64,000 nucleotides of DNA from Dehalococcoidia bacterium (GTDB lineage: Bacteria > Chloroflexota > Dehalococcoidia > Lucifugimonadales > UBA1123). The notes beneath the pieces are model-generated. The model searched no databases. It saw nothing but the letters and a program-made list of their open reading frames with translations, and was not told the DNA's origin. The stretch's first letter is position 1, and every line of letters starts with the position of its first letter. The DNA lies in assembly GCA_965261525.1 (NCBI GenBank), contig OZ253472.1, forward strand, positions 3,596,488 through 3,660,487. The letters are read 5' to 3'. This document shows, one piece after another, positions 17,740 to 26,027 of the stretch. The translations under genes were made by a program, and so were the position numbers.

Positions 17740-18027
17740 GTGCCTGAAACATTCACTAGATGGGACGTAACCGACGATCTGCTCACCAAGGAGGATATTC
17801 GGCTCTACCTTGAGGCGTGCGCGGAAGAAGACCCGGGTGACGGCAGCCTGATTCGGGCGGCGCTGAATGATATTGCGCGGGCGAAGAATATGAGCCAACT
17901 GGCGCGTGAAATAGGCATGACCCGAGAGGGGCTGTACAAGGCGTTGGGACAGAACGGCAACCCGACTTTCGCAACGGTCATGCGAATAACCAAGGCCCTG
18001 GGGTTGCAGCTGCGCATCACTGTGTAG
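17740..18027 (+). CDS. HTH antitoxin ('addiction module antidote', HigA-like)
   Basis: FTRWDVTDDL...YLEACAEEDPGDGSLIRAALNDIARAKNMSQLAREIGMTREGLYKAL..NGNP.F.TV. Confidence 0.8.
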   Translation: MPETFTRWDVTDDLLTKEDIRLYLEACAEEDPGDGSLIRAALNDIARAKNMSQLAREIGMTREGLYKALGQNGNPTFATVMRITKALGLQLRITV

Positions 18028-18071
18028 CAGAGCTTTCGATTGCTCCAAAACTGAAAATCCTCCAGCTATCG

Positions 18072-18122
18072 GTCATTCCCGCGAAAGTGGGAACCCTGAA
18101 GGGCTCGCCGCTCGGCAATCCA
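18072..18122 (+). repeat. REP-like hairpin element
   Basis: GTCATTCCCGCGAAAGTGGGAACCCTGAAGGGCTCGCCGCTCGGCAATCCA. Confidence 0.8.
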
Positions 18123-18214
18123 CAAGCCCCACCAGTGTCAGTCACATAGCTGTCTAACCGACGCTTTTCCACCCGACCAGCCGACTCTGAAAATGCCCTG
18201 GTCAATCGAATGAG

Positions 18215-18326
18215 AGTCCCCTCAGCCCTCGATGGGCTGACAGGGGTAGGTAAATGTCCAGTCATCTATGAATTTCAATAACAGACCCCCTCTCCCTTGA
18301 GGGAGAGGGCTGGGGTGAGGGTGATT
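18215..18326 (-). repeat. Repeat family A1, reverse-complement copy
   Basis: ...CATCTATGAATTTCAATAACAGACCCCCTCTCCCTTGAGGGAGAGGGCTGGGGTGAGGGTGATT. Confidence 0.8.
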
Positions 18327-18376
18327 AGGTTCGACACCTTCCACTCTCAGGGAATAGACGAACGAGTAATAAGCTC

Positions 18377-19915
18377 GACTTTGTACATAATTAGGACTTA
18401 CGCAGTTGAGAACGATTTCGTAGCTGGATTAGGTCATACTTACCTAGGATTTCATATCCAAGTGCGTAACTCCTAATAATATAGACAGAACATGAAAACA
18501 GGGTAAGATAGCCGAGCCAAGCTATCACGAAAGGTCCGGCTACGCTCACCCTGCCCGAAGCCATTATACCCATACTCCAGCCCTTCTCAACGCTGTTTCA
18601 GCGCAGAACCTGGGTGAAAGCTCAGGTACTGCTGGTCGGCGCCGTCCTGGCTCCGCGCAAGCGAACCGTAACCTCCGCGCTTGGTGTCATGGGACTCAGC
18701 GACGATGACGGCTTTGCGATATACCACCATGTCCTCAACCGCGCCGTGTGGTCGTCCCTGCGGCTGAGCCGAGTTCTGCTGACGCTTCTGATTCAGCATC
18801 TTGCCCAAGGGGACGGTCCACTGGTATTCGGGATAGACGAAACAATTGAGCGGCGGCGGGGCAGTCGCATCAAGGCAAAGGGCATCTACCGAGACGCTGC
18901 GCGCTCCAGCGACAGCCATCTGGTCAAGGCCTCGGGCCTGCGCTGGATAAGCCTGATGTGGCTGACCACCATACCCTGGGCGCATAGGACATGGGCATTG
19001 CCTGTACTGACAGCTCTTGCGCCCTCAGAACGCTACAACCGGAAGATGGGACGGACTCACAAGAAAATCACCGACTGGGCGCGCCAGATGATACTCCAAC
19101 TCCGGCGTTGGCTTCCAGACCGTCCCATCGTCATGGTGGCTGACAGCGGCTACGCCGCACTCGACCCGCTCCACTTCTGCCAGTCTATGTCCCAACCCGT
19201 TGCCTTCATCACCAGACTGAGGCTCGACGCCGCGCTCTACGAACCCGCTCCAACCCGACTGCCCGGTCAGATGGGACGCCCGCGTCTCAAGGGCCAGCGC
19301 CTGCCCACGCTCAGGGAACTCCTCGACCGCCCCGATACACGCTGGAGCCGGACATCGGTCGCATGGTACGACAACGATACCCGTACGGTGGAACTCAACT
19401 CTCACACCGCGCTCTGGTATCACAGCGGCAAGCCGCCTGTGCCCATTCGCTGGGTTCTCATTCGAGACCCACTGGGGCAGTTCCACTCCCAGTCCCTGCT
19501 GTGCACAGATCTTTCAGTATCCCCTACGCAGATCGTTGAATGGTTCACGCTGCGCTGGCAGCTCGAGGTGACCTTCCAGGAGGTACGCGCTCACCTTGGA
19601 GTGGGTACGCAGCGCCAATGGTCGGACCTTGCCATAGCCCGTACCACGCCCGCGCTGTTGGCGCTGTTCTCCTGGATAACTCTCGCAGCCGAACCGCTAA
19701 GGCGAGAAGGTTCAGTTCCAACGCGTTCAGCCGCATGGTACGCCAAGTCTGAACCCACGTTCAGCGACGCAATCGCGTTGGCGCGTCATCATATGTGGAG
19801 AGCGTCTGAGACTTTTTGCTTGTCTGAACGCAAACCCGACATCGTTAAAGTCCCCGCGCTTCTGTTCAACCGACTCATAGAATCCCTGACTTACGCCGCC
19901 TGAATGTACAAAGTC
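18377..19915 (+). mobile_element. IS701/IS4-superfamily-like insertion sequence
   Basis: A 12-bp inverted repeat, GACTTTGTACAT (18377..18388) / ATGTACAAAGTC (19904..19915), brackets one DDE transposase gene. No clear target duplication is visible. A family-B-like segment lies just inside the left end. Confidence 0.6.
18614..19903 (+). CDS. DDE transposase (IS701-like)
   Basis: GIDETIERRRG, MVADSGYAALD and a C-terminal W..RWQLEVTFQE block. Family-like sequence (PEAIIPILQPFSTLFQRRTW) continues upstream to 18512 without a canonical start, so the N-terminus may be damaged or use a non-canonical start. Confidence 0.65.
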   Translation: MKAQVLLVGAVLAPRKRTVTSALGVMGLSDDDGFAIYHHVLNRAVWSSLRLSRVLLTLLIQHLAQGDGPLVFGIDETIERRRGSRIKAKGIYRDAARSSDSHLVKASGLRWISLMWLTTIPWAHRTWALPVLTALAPSERYNRKMGRTHKKITDWARQMILQLRRWLPDRPIVMVADSGYAALDPLHFCQSMSQPVAFITRLRLDAALYEPAPTRLPGQMGRPRLKGQRLPTLRELLDRPDTRWSRTSVAWYDNDTRTVELNSHTALWYHSGKPPVPIRWVLIRDPLGQFHSQSLLCTDLSVSPTQIVEWFTLRWQLEVTFQEVRAHLGVGTQRQWSDLAIARTTPALLALFSWITLAAEPLRREGSVPTRSAAWYAKSEPTFSDAIALARHHMWRASETFCLSERKPDIVKVPALLFNRLIESLTYAA

Positions 19916-20156
19916 CAGATTAGAACCACCTGACCCCTGCCAGGGCAAGGCTCCTAGCACAATCAGCCCCGCTGGATCGAATACATAGCGGAGCTCTTCT
20001 ATTTGTGTGGAAACCGTTAGTTCATGTGCGAAATTCACTTCCCGTACTATGAGAGATTACATGGTCTGTCGGTGCTTTACATTTGGCAGTTGTGATGTAT
20101 TTCACATAAATATTTATGCAATATAACGAAATATGCTAGTTAAATCTTTTACAATA

Positions 20157-20184
20157 TTGACAATACACAAATATCTACTATAAT
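20157..20184 (+). promoter_or_regulatory. Near-consensus sigma70-type promoter
   Basis: TTGACA, a 16-nt spacer, then TATAAT, inside an AT-rich stretch. Three SD-preceded small ORFs follow. Confidence 0.5.
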
Positions 20185-20478
20185 GAATGTAACGCTGAGT
20201 AATGGGAGGTACTTATGGTCATGTATGAGAGTCCCTATTCAGGGGGGAGTTAAAATACCCTGTCTCGACTCTGCTCTCACTGCATAGACTCAGTTGGCAA
20301 GAGGCAATTCAAGCACGTGAACAGGAGGAACGAGATGATTCAGACAGTGCATACCCACAATAGGGTGTATAGATAACGTTCACCCCTCAATAGATAAGAT
20401 CCAGTATGGAAATGGCAGTTCCACATGGTCGTACTGACGCTACTGACTGCGTGAATATGCAATCTGGAGGAGATTCAA

Positions 20479-20682
20479 ATGGGTGGGTTGAGGGCGGTTC
20501 TGCTGTATAGTCCCATCTTCATAGCGCCGCTGGTCGTGGGACAAAAGTTGATCAGACACAAGCGAGCTCAGGAGTCTCATGTAATCTGGCTGGCGGGGGT
20601 AATAATGGTTGCGCTCGGAGCGATGGCGGGAATGATATGGCTGTTTTTGTTCATAATCGTTCTGATAGCAGGGCGATGGTGA
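20479..20682 (+). CDS. 67-aa two-helix membrane protein
   Basis: GGAGGAG lies 7 nt upstream of the ATG. Two hydrophobic helices are separated by KLIRHKRAQESH. Confidence 0.5.
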   Translation: MGGLRAVLLYSPIFIAPLVVGQKLIRHKRAQESHVIWLAGVIMVALGAMAGMIWLFLFIIVLIAGRW

Positions 20683-20804
20683 TTGAACAGGTCCATATAT
20701 CCAGTTTGACGATGCCACATAATAGCCGAGGCGCTTTTGAATACGACTGCTCACCCATACCAGACTCCCTTCATGTCATGGTCACATCAGTCCAAATTGG
20801 TATC

Positions 20805-20849
20805 AAACACCACAGGGGGTGTCCGGTGCGGACACCCCCTGTGGTGTTT
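20805..20849. terminator. 20-bp perfect-stem hairpin
   Basis: AAACACCACAGGGGGTGTCC-GGTGC-GGACACCCCCTGTGGTGTTT, immediately after the stop of a gene 3'-end fragment on the minus strand. Confidence 0.5.
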
Positions 20850-20932
20850 GGGCTAGAGGCCGAGTTCGGATTCGGTTTTGCCTATGGCGTCGTCGAGGCG
20901 GGAGACGAGTTCGTCAATTTCGTCGCGGGTGG
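20836..20932 (-). repeat. Direct repeat 1: 3'-terminal gene fragment (...STRDEIDELVSRLDDAIGKTESELGL*) plus hairpin arm
   Basis: About 97 bp, similar to 21518..21614. The reading frame is closed about 34 codons upstream of the stop. Confidence 0.7.
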
Positions 20933-20957
20933 ATGCAAAGTGGCGCGCTATCTGAGG

Positions 20958-21200
20958 CTACCTGACAAGGTCAAGTCGGCGGAGGTCTTCGTCTGTCCAA
21001 GAAGCGTCGAGCATCATGCTTCTGAGTGTCTTGGGAGGGAACGTATCTCCGAGCCGATGGTAGGCTACGACTACTCTTCGACCACCTGAATGGCGGTATA
21101 TCCGGTGACTACCCCTGGTTCGCCTCAGTGTGAAGCCATCCTGAATCAATGCCCTGATGAAACGCCGCGCAGACATGCCTCTCGGAAGAGGCCCAATCAT
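20958..21200 (-). CDS. hicA: HicA-family mRNA interferase toxin
   Basis: RRFIRALIQDGFTLRRTRGSHRIYRHSGGRRVVVAYH...TLRSMM. Confidence 0.8.
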   Translation of the reverse strand: MIGPLPRGMSARRFIRALIQDGFTLRRTRGSHRIYRHSGGRRVVVAYHRLGDTFPPKTLRSMMLDASWTDEDLRRLDLVR

Positions 21201-21224
21201 ACAGTGACCATTACTGACGGGGAT

Positions 21225-21464
21225 TCATGCTCTGCGGTCTGGCTGGCTGTATGAATCCGTGGGGATTTCTTCCCCGGCTTCGAGTATATCTTCAAGGTAC
21301 AATGCGATAGCTTCCCGGATGTTGGTCTGGGCTTCCTGGCAGGTGTATCCCCAAGTGTGGCAGCCCGGAAGGGCTGGGCAGTAGGCGTGGTAGGCAGACC
21401 GACCATCATCGAATTGGTCGTCTTCGATTATGACTCGGAAGGTGTGAGAAGACGACATTAGCAA
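21225..21464 (-). CDS. hicB: HicB-family antitoxin (UPF0150 fold)
   Basis: FRVIIEDD...YHAYCPALPGCHTWGYTCQEAQTNIREAIALYLEDILEAGEEIP. Confidence 0.8.
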   Translation of the reverse strand: MLMSSSHTFRVIIEDDQFDDGRSAYHAYCPALPGCHTWGYTCQEAQTNIREAIALYLEDILEAGEEIPTDSYSQPDRRA

Positions 21465-21499
21465 TCTCCATGGTTTCTGGATTGCTTTGAGGAATGATC

Positions 21500-21522
21500 G
21501 GGGCGTCCATGATGGACGCCCC
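21500..21522. terminator. Hairpin following the second 3'-end fragment
   Basis: GGGGCGTCC-ATGAT-GGACGCCCC, then TGTGGTGTTTGGG as in the first copy. Confidence 0.4.
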
Positions 21523-21614
21523 TGTGGTGTTTGGGTTAGAGGCCGAGTTCGGCTTCTACCTTGCCAATGGAGTCGTCGAGGCGGGAGACGAGTTCGTCAA
21601 CTTCGTTGCGGGTG
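21518..21614 (-). repeat. Direct repeat 2: 3'-terminal gene fragment (...ITRNEVDELVSRLDDSIGKVEAELGL*)
   Basis: Similar to 20836..20932. Only about 26 meaningful codons remain. Confidence 0.7.
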
Positions 21615-21740
21615 ATGCGAGAGCATCGGCTCCAACTTGAAGATGGCGCGATACATGGTTTGTATTATGGACGGAAAATCCAGCCGCGGGTGTTTGCGTA
21701 CTCGCGCAGTTGCTTGGCTTTTGTTGTCGTTTGCCTCTTA

Positions 21741-22589
21741 GAGGGTGTTTCCAAAGCCTTCGAATTGACCTATACTACTCGCATTATGCGCAAACCCTAT
21801 CCCAGCGACCTCACCGATGAACAGTGGGATATTCTCGCTCCCCTGCTCCCACCAGCCAAACCTGGAGGACGCCCTCGCGCAGTAGACCTTCGGGAGGTGG
21901 TCAACGGCATCCTGTACGCGCTTCGGAGCGGATGCGCCTGGCGTATGCTCCCCAACGACCTTCCTCCCTGGCAAACAGTGTACAAATACTTTCGGAAGTG
22001 GACAACGGACGGAACGTGGAAACGGGTCAATGGGACTCTGCGCTCCGCCGTTCGAGAGGCGGAGGGCAGGAATCCGACGCCCAGCGCGGCAATCATAGAC
22101 AGCCAGTCAGTGAAGACTACTGAAAAAGGGGGCCTCGCGGTTATGACGCGGGCAAGAAGATCAAAGGTAGAAAGCGACACATCATAGTGGATACCATGGG
22201 GTTGTTGTTGGACGTGGTGGTGCATCCCGCCGACATTCAGGACCGGGACGGAGCGAAGTTGGTTATCTCTAAATTGAAAGGACGCTTTCGGCGTATGCGT
22301 TTGATCTGGGCTGACGCGGGCTATGGGGGAAAACTGATCGAGTGGGTGCGGGAGTTGACAGGATGGACGCTTGAAATCGTGAGGCGTCCCCGGGACAGTC
22401 ACCAGTTCAAAGCGCTGCCGCGCAGATGGGTGGTTGAGCGAACATTCGCGTGGCTGGGAAGGTGTCGCAGGTTGAGCAAGGACTACGAGGCGCTGCCTGA
22501 AACAACCGAGGCCTGGGTCAACATAGCTATGACTCATCTCATGCTCCGACGATTGAAGCCTTCATGACATATCCTTTGGAAACACCCTC
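21741..22589 (+). mobile_element. IS5-family (IS427-group-like) insertion sequence
   Basis: Perfect inverted ends GAGGGTGTTTCCAAAG / CTTTGGAAACACCCTC, with TA on both flanks. There are two overlapping transposase ORFs. Confidence 0.85.
21786..22567 (+). CDS. IS5-family transposase, two frames joined by a probable -1 frameshift
   Basis: ORF A is [23 protein letters not shown]...[11 protein letters not shown]. The -1 frame continues (P)[25 protein letters not shown]...DAGYGG...[19 protein letters not shown] slippery A/G run (GAAAAAGGGGG) lies at about 22122. Confidence 0.8.
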
Positions 22590-22593
22590 TAAG

Positions 22594-22727
22594 ACATTCC
22601 ACAGAGCCAATTCAAGTGGCGGGCGTCCCGCCAACAGCCAAGTCGTGATGGCTATTCCCCAAGGCGCTATCAGGAAGTGAATGACAGCCCAATGTTTCGC
22701 GATCAGGGACAATATCCGCCTAAACAC
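22594..22727 (-). pseudogene. 5' fragment of a small membrane-protein gene interrupted by the IS
   Basis: KHWAVIHFLIAPWGIAITTWLLAG resembles the N-terminus of the neighbour (KRHVLAAPWGTALATWLLT). The ORF runs straight into the IS end. Confidence 0.3.
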
Positions 22728-22764
22728 AGACTATCGCATCCAAGTACCCCCATCCTCCAACGCT

Positions 22765-23211
22765 TCAGTCATCTGTGCTCCTGGCACCCTTACTCCGTCC
22801 GTTATTTTGCAGGTCGGCCATTAGGTCTTCCAGCAATTCTTCGGGAGATAGGTCCGGGGACTCTTTGAACTTGGCGCGTATAGAGTCTATCGTACTGGCT
22901 ACGCCCTCAGCCATGCCCTCAGCCCTACCCTCAGCCCTACCCTCAACTCTGCCCTCAGCTCTTTCCTCGGCTATGCGTCTCCGACGCATGGCACGCTCGT
23001 TCTTGATTTTCTCATATGCGTAGAATGCCATAGGTACCCCCAATTCCAGAGCCGACATGATCATGCCGTATATCATGGCTCCCATGCTTACCATGTTAGC
23101 AAAGGGAGCAGGCTCGTAGTATATCGTCAATAGCCATGTTGCCAGCGCGGTTCCCCAAGGTGCTGCTAAGACATGGCGTTTAGGCCATTGACTGGTCAAT
23201 TGGATTCTCAC
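22765..23211 (-). CDS. Membrane protein with an (E/A)GR(A/V)EG repeat tail
   Basis: Two to three TM helices, then RRRRIAEERAEGRVEGRAEGRAEGMAEG, encoded by a 12-bp tandem repeat at about 22905..22970. Confidence 0.5.
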   Translation of the reverse strand: MRIQLTSQWPKRHVLAAPWGTALATWLLTIYYEPAPFANMVSMGAMIYGMIMSALELGVPMAFYAYEKIKNERAMRRRRIAEERAEGRVEGRAEGRAEGMAEGVASTIDSIRAKFKESPDLSPEELLEDLMADLQNNGRSKGARSTDD

Positions 23212-23214
23212 GCG

Positions 23215-23652
23215 CTAGTCCGCGAACTCAGTTTCCACCCGCGCCGACTGTTCGAAGAAGTACTGGAAGGTCTGGTTGTACCTGAAGAACATATCCTGGC
23301 GATACTGGTCGCCGGTGTATGAGTGCGCCAGGCCGTCCAGACTGTCCAGGTCTATTGTGTTGAGCGAGTGATCGAGGTCGGCCTCTCCGTTCTCGCGGAT
23401 GTTCTCCAGCATATCCTCCCAGTCGTCCATGGGCATATCGAGGTAGAAGTCCGTGTCCTCAAGGTCGGACTCCGCTATCTCGGACGCTGACGAACACTCG
23501 AATCCCTCGAACACGAGCAGAAATATATGTCCGCCGGCCTTGACGCCGACTCTGGCGTCGCACATTCCGCCGCCGGCAGTTCGCACGGCGTCGTTGGTGT
23601 TGAATTCATGGCGCACGGCGTCGAACCACTCTACGGTCGGGAAGGCGGGCAC
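23215..23652 (-). CDS. SCP2/sterol-carrier-like small protein (weak call)
   Basis: A GTG start at 23652 lies 3 nt after the upstream stop. FPTVEWFDAVRHEFN...ARVGVKAGGHIFLLVFEG...DFYLDMPMDDWEDML follows the SCP2 pattern. Confidence 0.45.
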   Translation of the reverse strand: MPAFPTVEWFDAVRHEFNTNDAVRTAGGGMCDARVGVKAGGHIFLLVFEGFECSSASEIAESDLEDTDFYLDMPMDDWEDMLENIRENGEADLDHSLNTIDLDSLDGLAHSYTGDQYRQDMFFRYNQTFQYFFEQSARVETEFAD

Positions 23653-23654
23653 TC

Positions 23655-24767
23655 TTAGTCCTCCAGATACTTGGCCAGGTCGGGAGATAAGGGGGCGGCG
23701 CGTTGTATGCCGAGCCACTCGCAGGCGGCCATGTATCCGTTCAGCCAGTCGGCCATCATGCGCTTCACATGCCCCATTCCGGCGCGCGCTCCCTCGATGC
23801 CGCCGCCGAATACGATTGCGAGCGGTTCGAGCATGGCGGGGTCTTGGAGTTCCTTGGCGAATACGCGCTCGCCTATGAACAAGAGTCGCTGGAATATCAG
23901 CGCCTTGTCCTGCTGATGGGTGACGGCGTATCGCAGGTGCTGGAGTCCGTAGGCGACATGGCGCGCCTTGTCCTGCATTGCTCGGGCGAAGAGGACTTTC
24001 TCGGCGGGGTTGTTGGCGAAGCGTTCGCAATGCCTGTAAACGGTGAGGAGGAAAGTCCCCCTGAGAAGGTGAAGGAACAGGCTCGTCTCCGACCAACCGC
24101 CCTTGCTCTCCAGGATCATGCGATTGATCTCGCCGCGGCTTTCGAGTCCGAGCCCGCCGCCGTTGGACAAGGCCCGCTTTCTGAAAGCCTCGTGATGTCG
24201 TCCGGCGTCGAACATATTGGTGGCGAGGAACAGCTTGACCTCGTGGTATCCGTAGGACATGTGCTGAAGCCAGTAGCCTATGGTCTCGAACTCGACGTTG
24301 GCGGCCTGGCTCAACTCGGTGCAGAGTTGGCACATGGCGGCCTCTACATCGTCGGGCAGCGGCTCGATGGTGTGCCAGGGAATGTCGGTCGCCGCTATCC
24401 AGCGTCTCTGGATGGCCTCTTCGTACAGGTCGGCGGCATTGTCGGCCCACATATCGCGCTTGTTCTTGAGCGCGAATCCGAGCGGCGGAATGCCGGCGAG
24501 AGGATACGCGCCGCGAGGCATACGGGTCGGCTCATCCCAGTGGTCAGGGATCTCGCCATAAATGCCGACGTTGAGGTCGCCGATTCTGAGTCCGGCCTTA
24601 CCCGGCTTGACGCGCGTCTCCCACTGGAGCGTGCGCGGCATCCATGCGAATGAAGGATCGGGAACTTCTACGTTTTCGTCTGTGTTGAGGGCTCGCCTTC
24701 GTCTGGGGCGTTCCCACACCTCGGCCTTCTGTCCCGCTACTCTCTTCTGGCGGTCTTCATCTGCCAA
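23655..24767 (-). CDS. Ferritin-like four-helix-bundle protein, ligand-degenerate paralog
   Basis: Collinear with 24772..25872, sharing RRW..ATDIPW..I.PLPDD.E.A.CQL and FRKRAL.NGGG. The ExxH glutamates are replaced (DAGRH, DKARH), and so are the lone Glu positions. Confidence 0.7.
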   Translation of the reverse strand: MADEDRQKRVAGQKAEVWERPRRRRALNTDENVEVPDPSFAWMPRTLQWETRVKPGKAGLRIGDLNVGIYGEIPDHWDEPTRMPRGAYPLAGIPPLGFALKNKRDMWADNAADLYEEAIQRRWIAATDIPWHTIEPLPDDVEAAMCQLCTELSQAANVEFETIGYWLQHMSYGYHEVKLFLATNMFDAGRHHEAFRKRALSNGGGLGLESRGEINRMILESKGGWSETSLFLHLLRGTFLLTVYRHCERFANNPAEKVLFARAMQDKARHVAYGLQHLRYAVTHQQDKALIFQRLLFIGERVFAKELQDPAMLEPLAIVFGGGIEGARAGMGHVKRMMADWLNGYMAACEWLGIQRAAPLSPDLAKYLED

Positions 24768-24771
24768 GCGA

Positions 24772-25872
24772 CTAGCTCCTGACGTATTCCATAAGCTCGG
24801 AATTTGCCCGGCCGTTCTCGAACCTCTCTCCGAACCCGGCGGAGCGGATGCGCTGGACGTATTCCTCCGCCTGCCGCTTGCGGATGGCGAGCAGCTTGCG
24901 GTAGCCCTCGTCGAAGTTCTTCTGGCCGCCGCCGAGCAATATGGACAGCGACTCGCTCTGCGCGGAATCGCGGGCGGCGGGGTTCTGGCTTCCGGCTACA
25001 AGGCCGCGTTCGCCCTCGTCCAGGTACTCGTGAATCTCCTCCTTGCGGTCCGGCTCGGTCTCGGCGAGGTAGCGCATGTGCATCACGCCGAACGCTACGT
25101 GTCGAGACTCGTCCTGGGCGGCGAGGCGGTAGATGCGCTTCTCAGCGTCGTTGTACGCCATGAGTTCGCCCATACGGAAGATGGTGAGCACCGCGCCCTC
25201 GCCCGATATGTGCAGGCGGGAGGACATCTCGGTGAAATCCCTGGACAGGTCAATGCTGCCCACGACTCCGCTGGTGGTCACGTTGATGTCGGGGCGCTGC
25301 ATGAGTCCGCCGCCGTTGGCAAGCGCGCGCTTGCGGAACACGTCTAGGTGGCGGGACTCGTCCATGATCTGGGTTATGAGGAACATACGCGGCTCGAAGT
25401 AGTCCGGCGTGGTGCTGGCGACCCATCGGCCGGGTATGTCGGCGGCTACGAACTCCACCTCCGTCAGGAACGTGGCAAGCTGGCACTGCGCTCGCTCGAT
25501 GTCGTCGGGCAGCGGCTTGATGGCTTGCCACGGGATGTCGGTGGCCGAACTCCACTGCCGCTGAAGCGCCTCTTCGTAGAGCATGGAGGCGTTGGTGAGC
25601 CAGATGTCCGACTTGGTGCGGACCTGGTATCCGCCGATGCGGTAGGCGTTGGGCCTTGCCGCCGCGCCTCTCGGCTTGCCGGTCATGTTGTCCGACTCGT
25701 CCGGTGGGTCGCCGTAGCTTCCGATCTGGGTGTCGTTGAGTGTGAGGCCCTTCTGCCCGTCGGCGGATGCCCTGATTCCCCATTCGCCCTGCTTGTCAAT
25801 CCAGCTAAGATCGAGTCCCTGGTCGTCGGCGTATTCCTGAATGCCGTTGAAATTATCCTTGAGAGAGGTCAT
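24772..25872 (-). CDS. Ferritin-like di-iron carboxylate protein (AurF/R2-like oxygenase fold)
   Basis: Complete E...ExxH / E...ExxH set: LTEVEF, MDESRH, SGEGAV, QDESRH, with about 30-residue spacings. Confidence 0.7.
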   Translation of the reverse strand: MTSLKDNFNGIQEYADDQGLDLSWIDKQGEWGIRASADGQKGLTLNDTQIGSYGDPPDESDNMTGKPRGAAARPNAYRIGGYQVRTKSDIWLTNASMLYEEALQRQWSSATDIPWQAIKPLPDDIERAQCQLATFLTEVEFVAADIPGRWVASTTPDYFEPRMFLITQIMDESRHLDVFRKRALANGGGLMQRPDINVTTSGVVGSIDLSRDFTEMSSRLHISGEGAVLTIFRMGELMAYNDAEKRIYRLAAQDESRHVAFGVMHMRYLAETEPDRKEEIHEYLDEGERGLVAGSQNPAARDSAQSESLSILLGGGQKNFDEGYRKLLAIRKRQAEEYVQRIRSAGFGERFENGRANSELMEYVRS

Positions 25873-26027
25873 GCGCGGCCCCCTTTAATTGTAGCTATCT
25901 TATACTTGTACTATACCCGCTGGGGTATCAGTCCGCAATAGATGTGATGGGGCAGGTATGTAGGCTGAGGGGAGGTTGGGGCAGCGTTGGGGAGACAGTT
26001 GTTACTCTGGCGGGCATGAGGTGGGTT

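Noticed and set aside
21561-21785. An N-terminal extension of the IS427 ORF A, making a 208-aa ORF starting at 21561.
   Set aside because: The extension begins outside the IS inverted repeat (21741). It crosses the gene-fragment repeat, so the real start is the ATG at 21786.
23215-24450. A 411-aa minus-strand ORF overlapping the ferritin-like gene.
   Set aside because: Its first ~265 codons are an Arg/Pro-rich out-of-frame overlap of 23655..24767. Only the last 146 codons, from GTG 23652 immediately after the upstream stop, look like a real (SCP2-like) gene.
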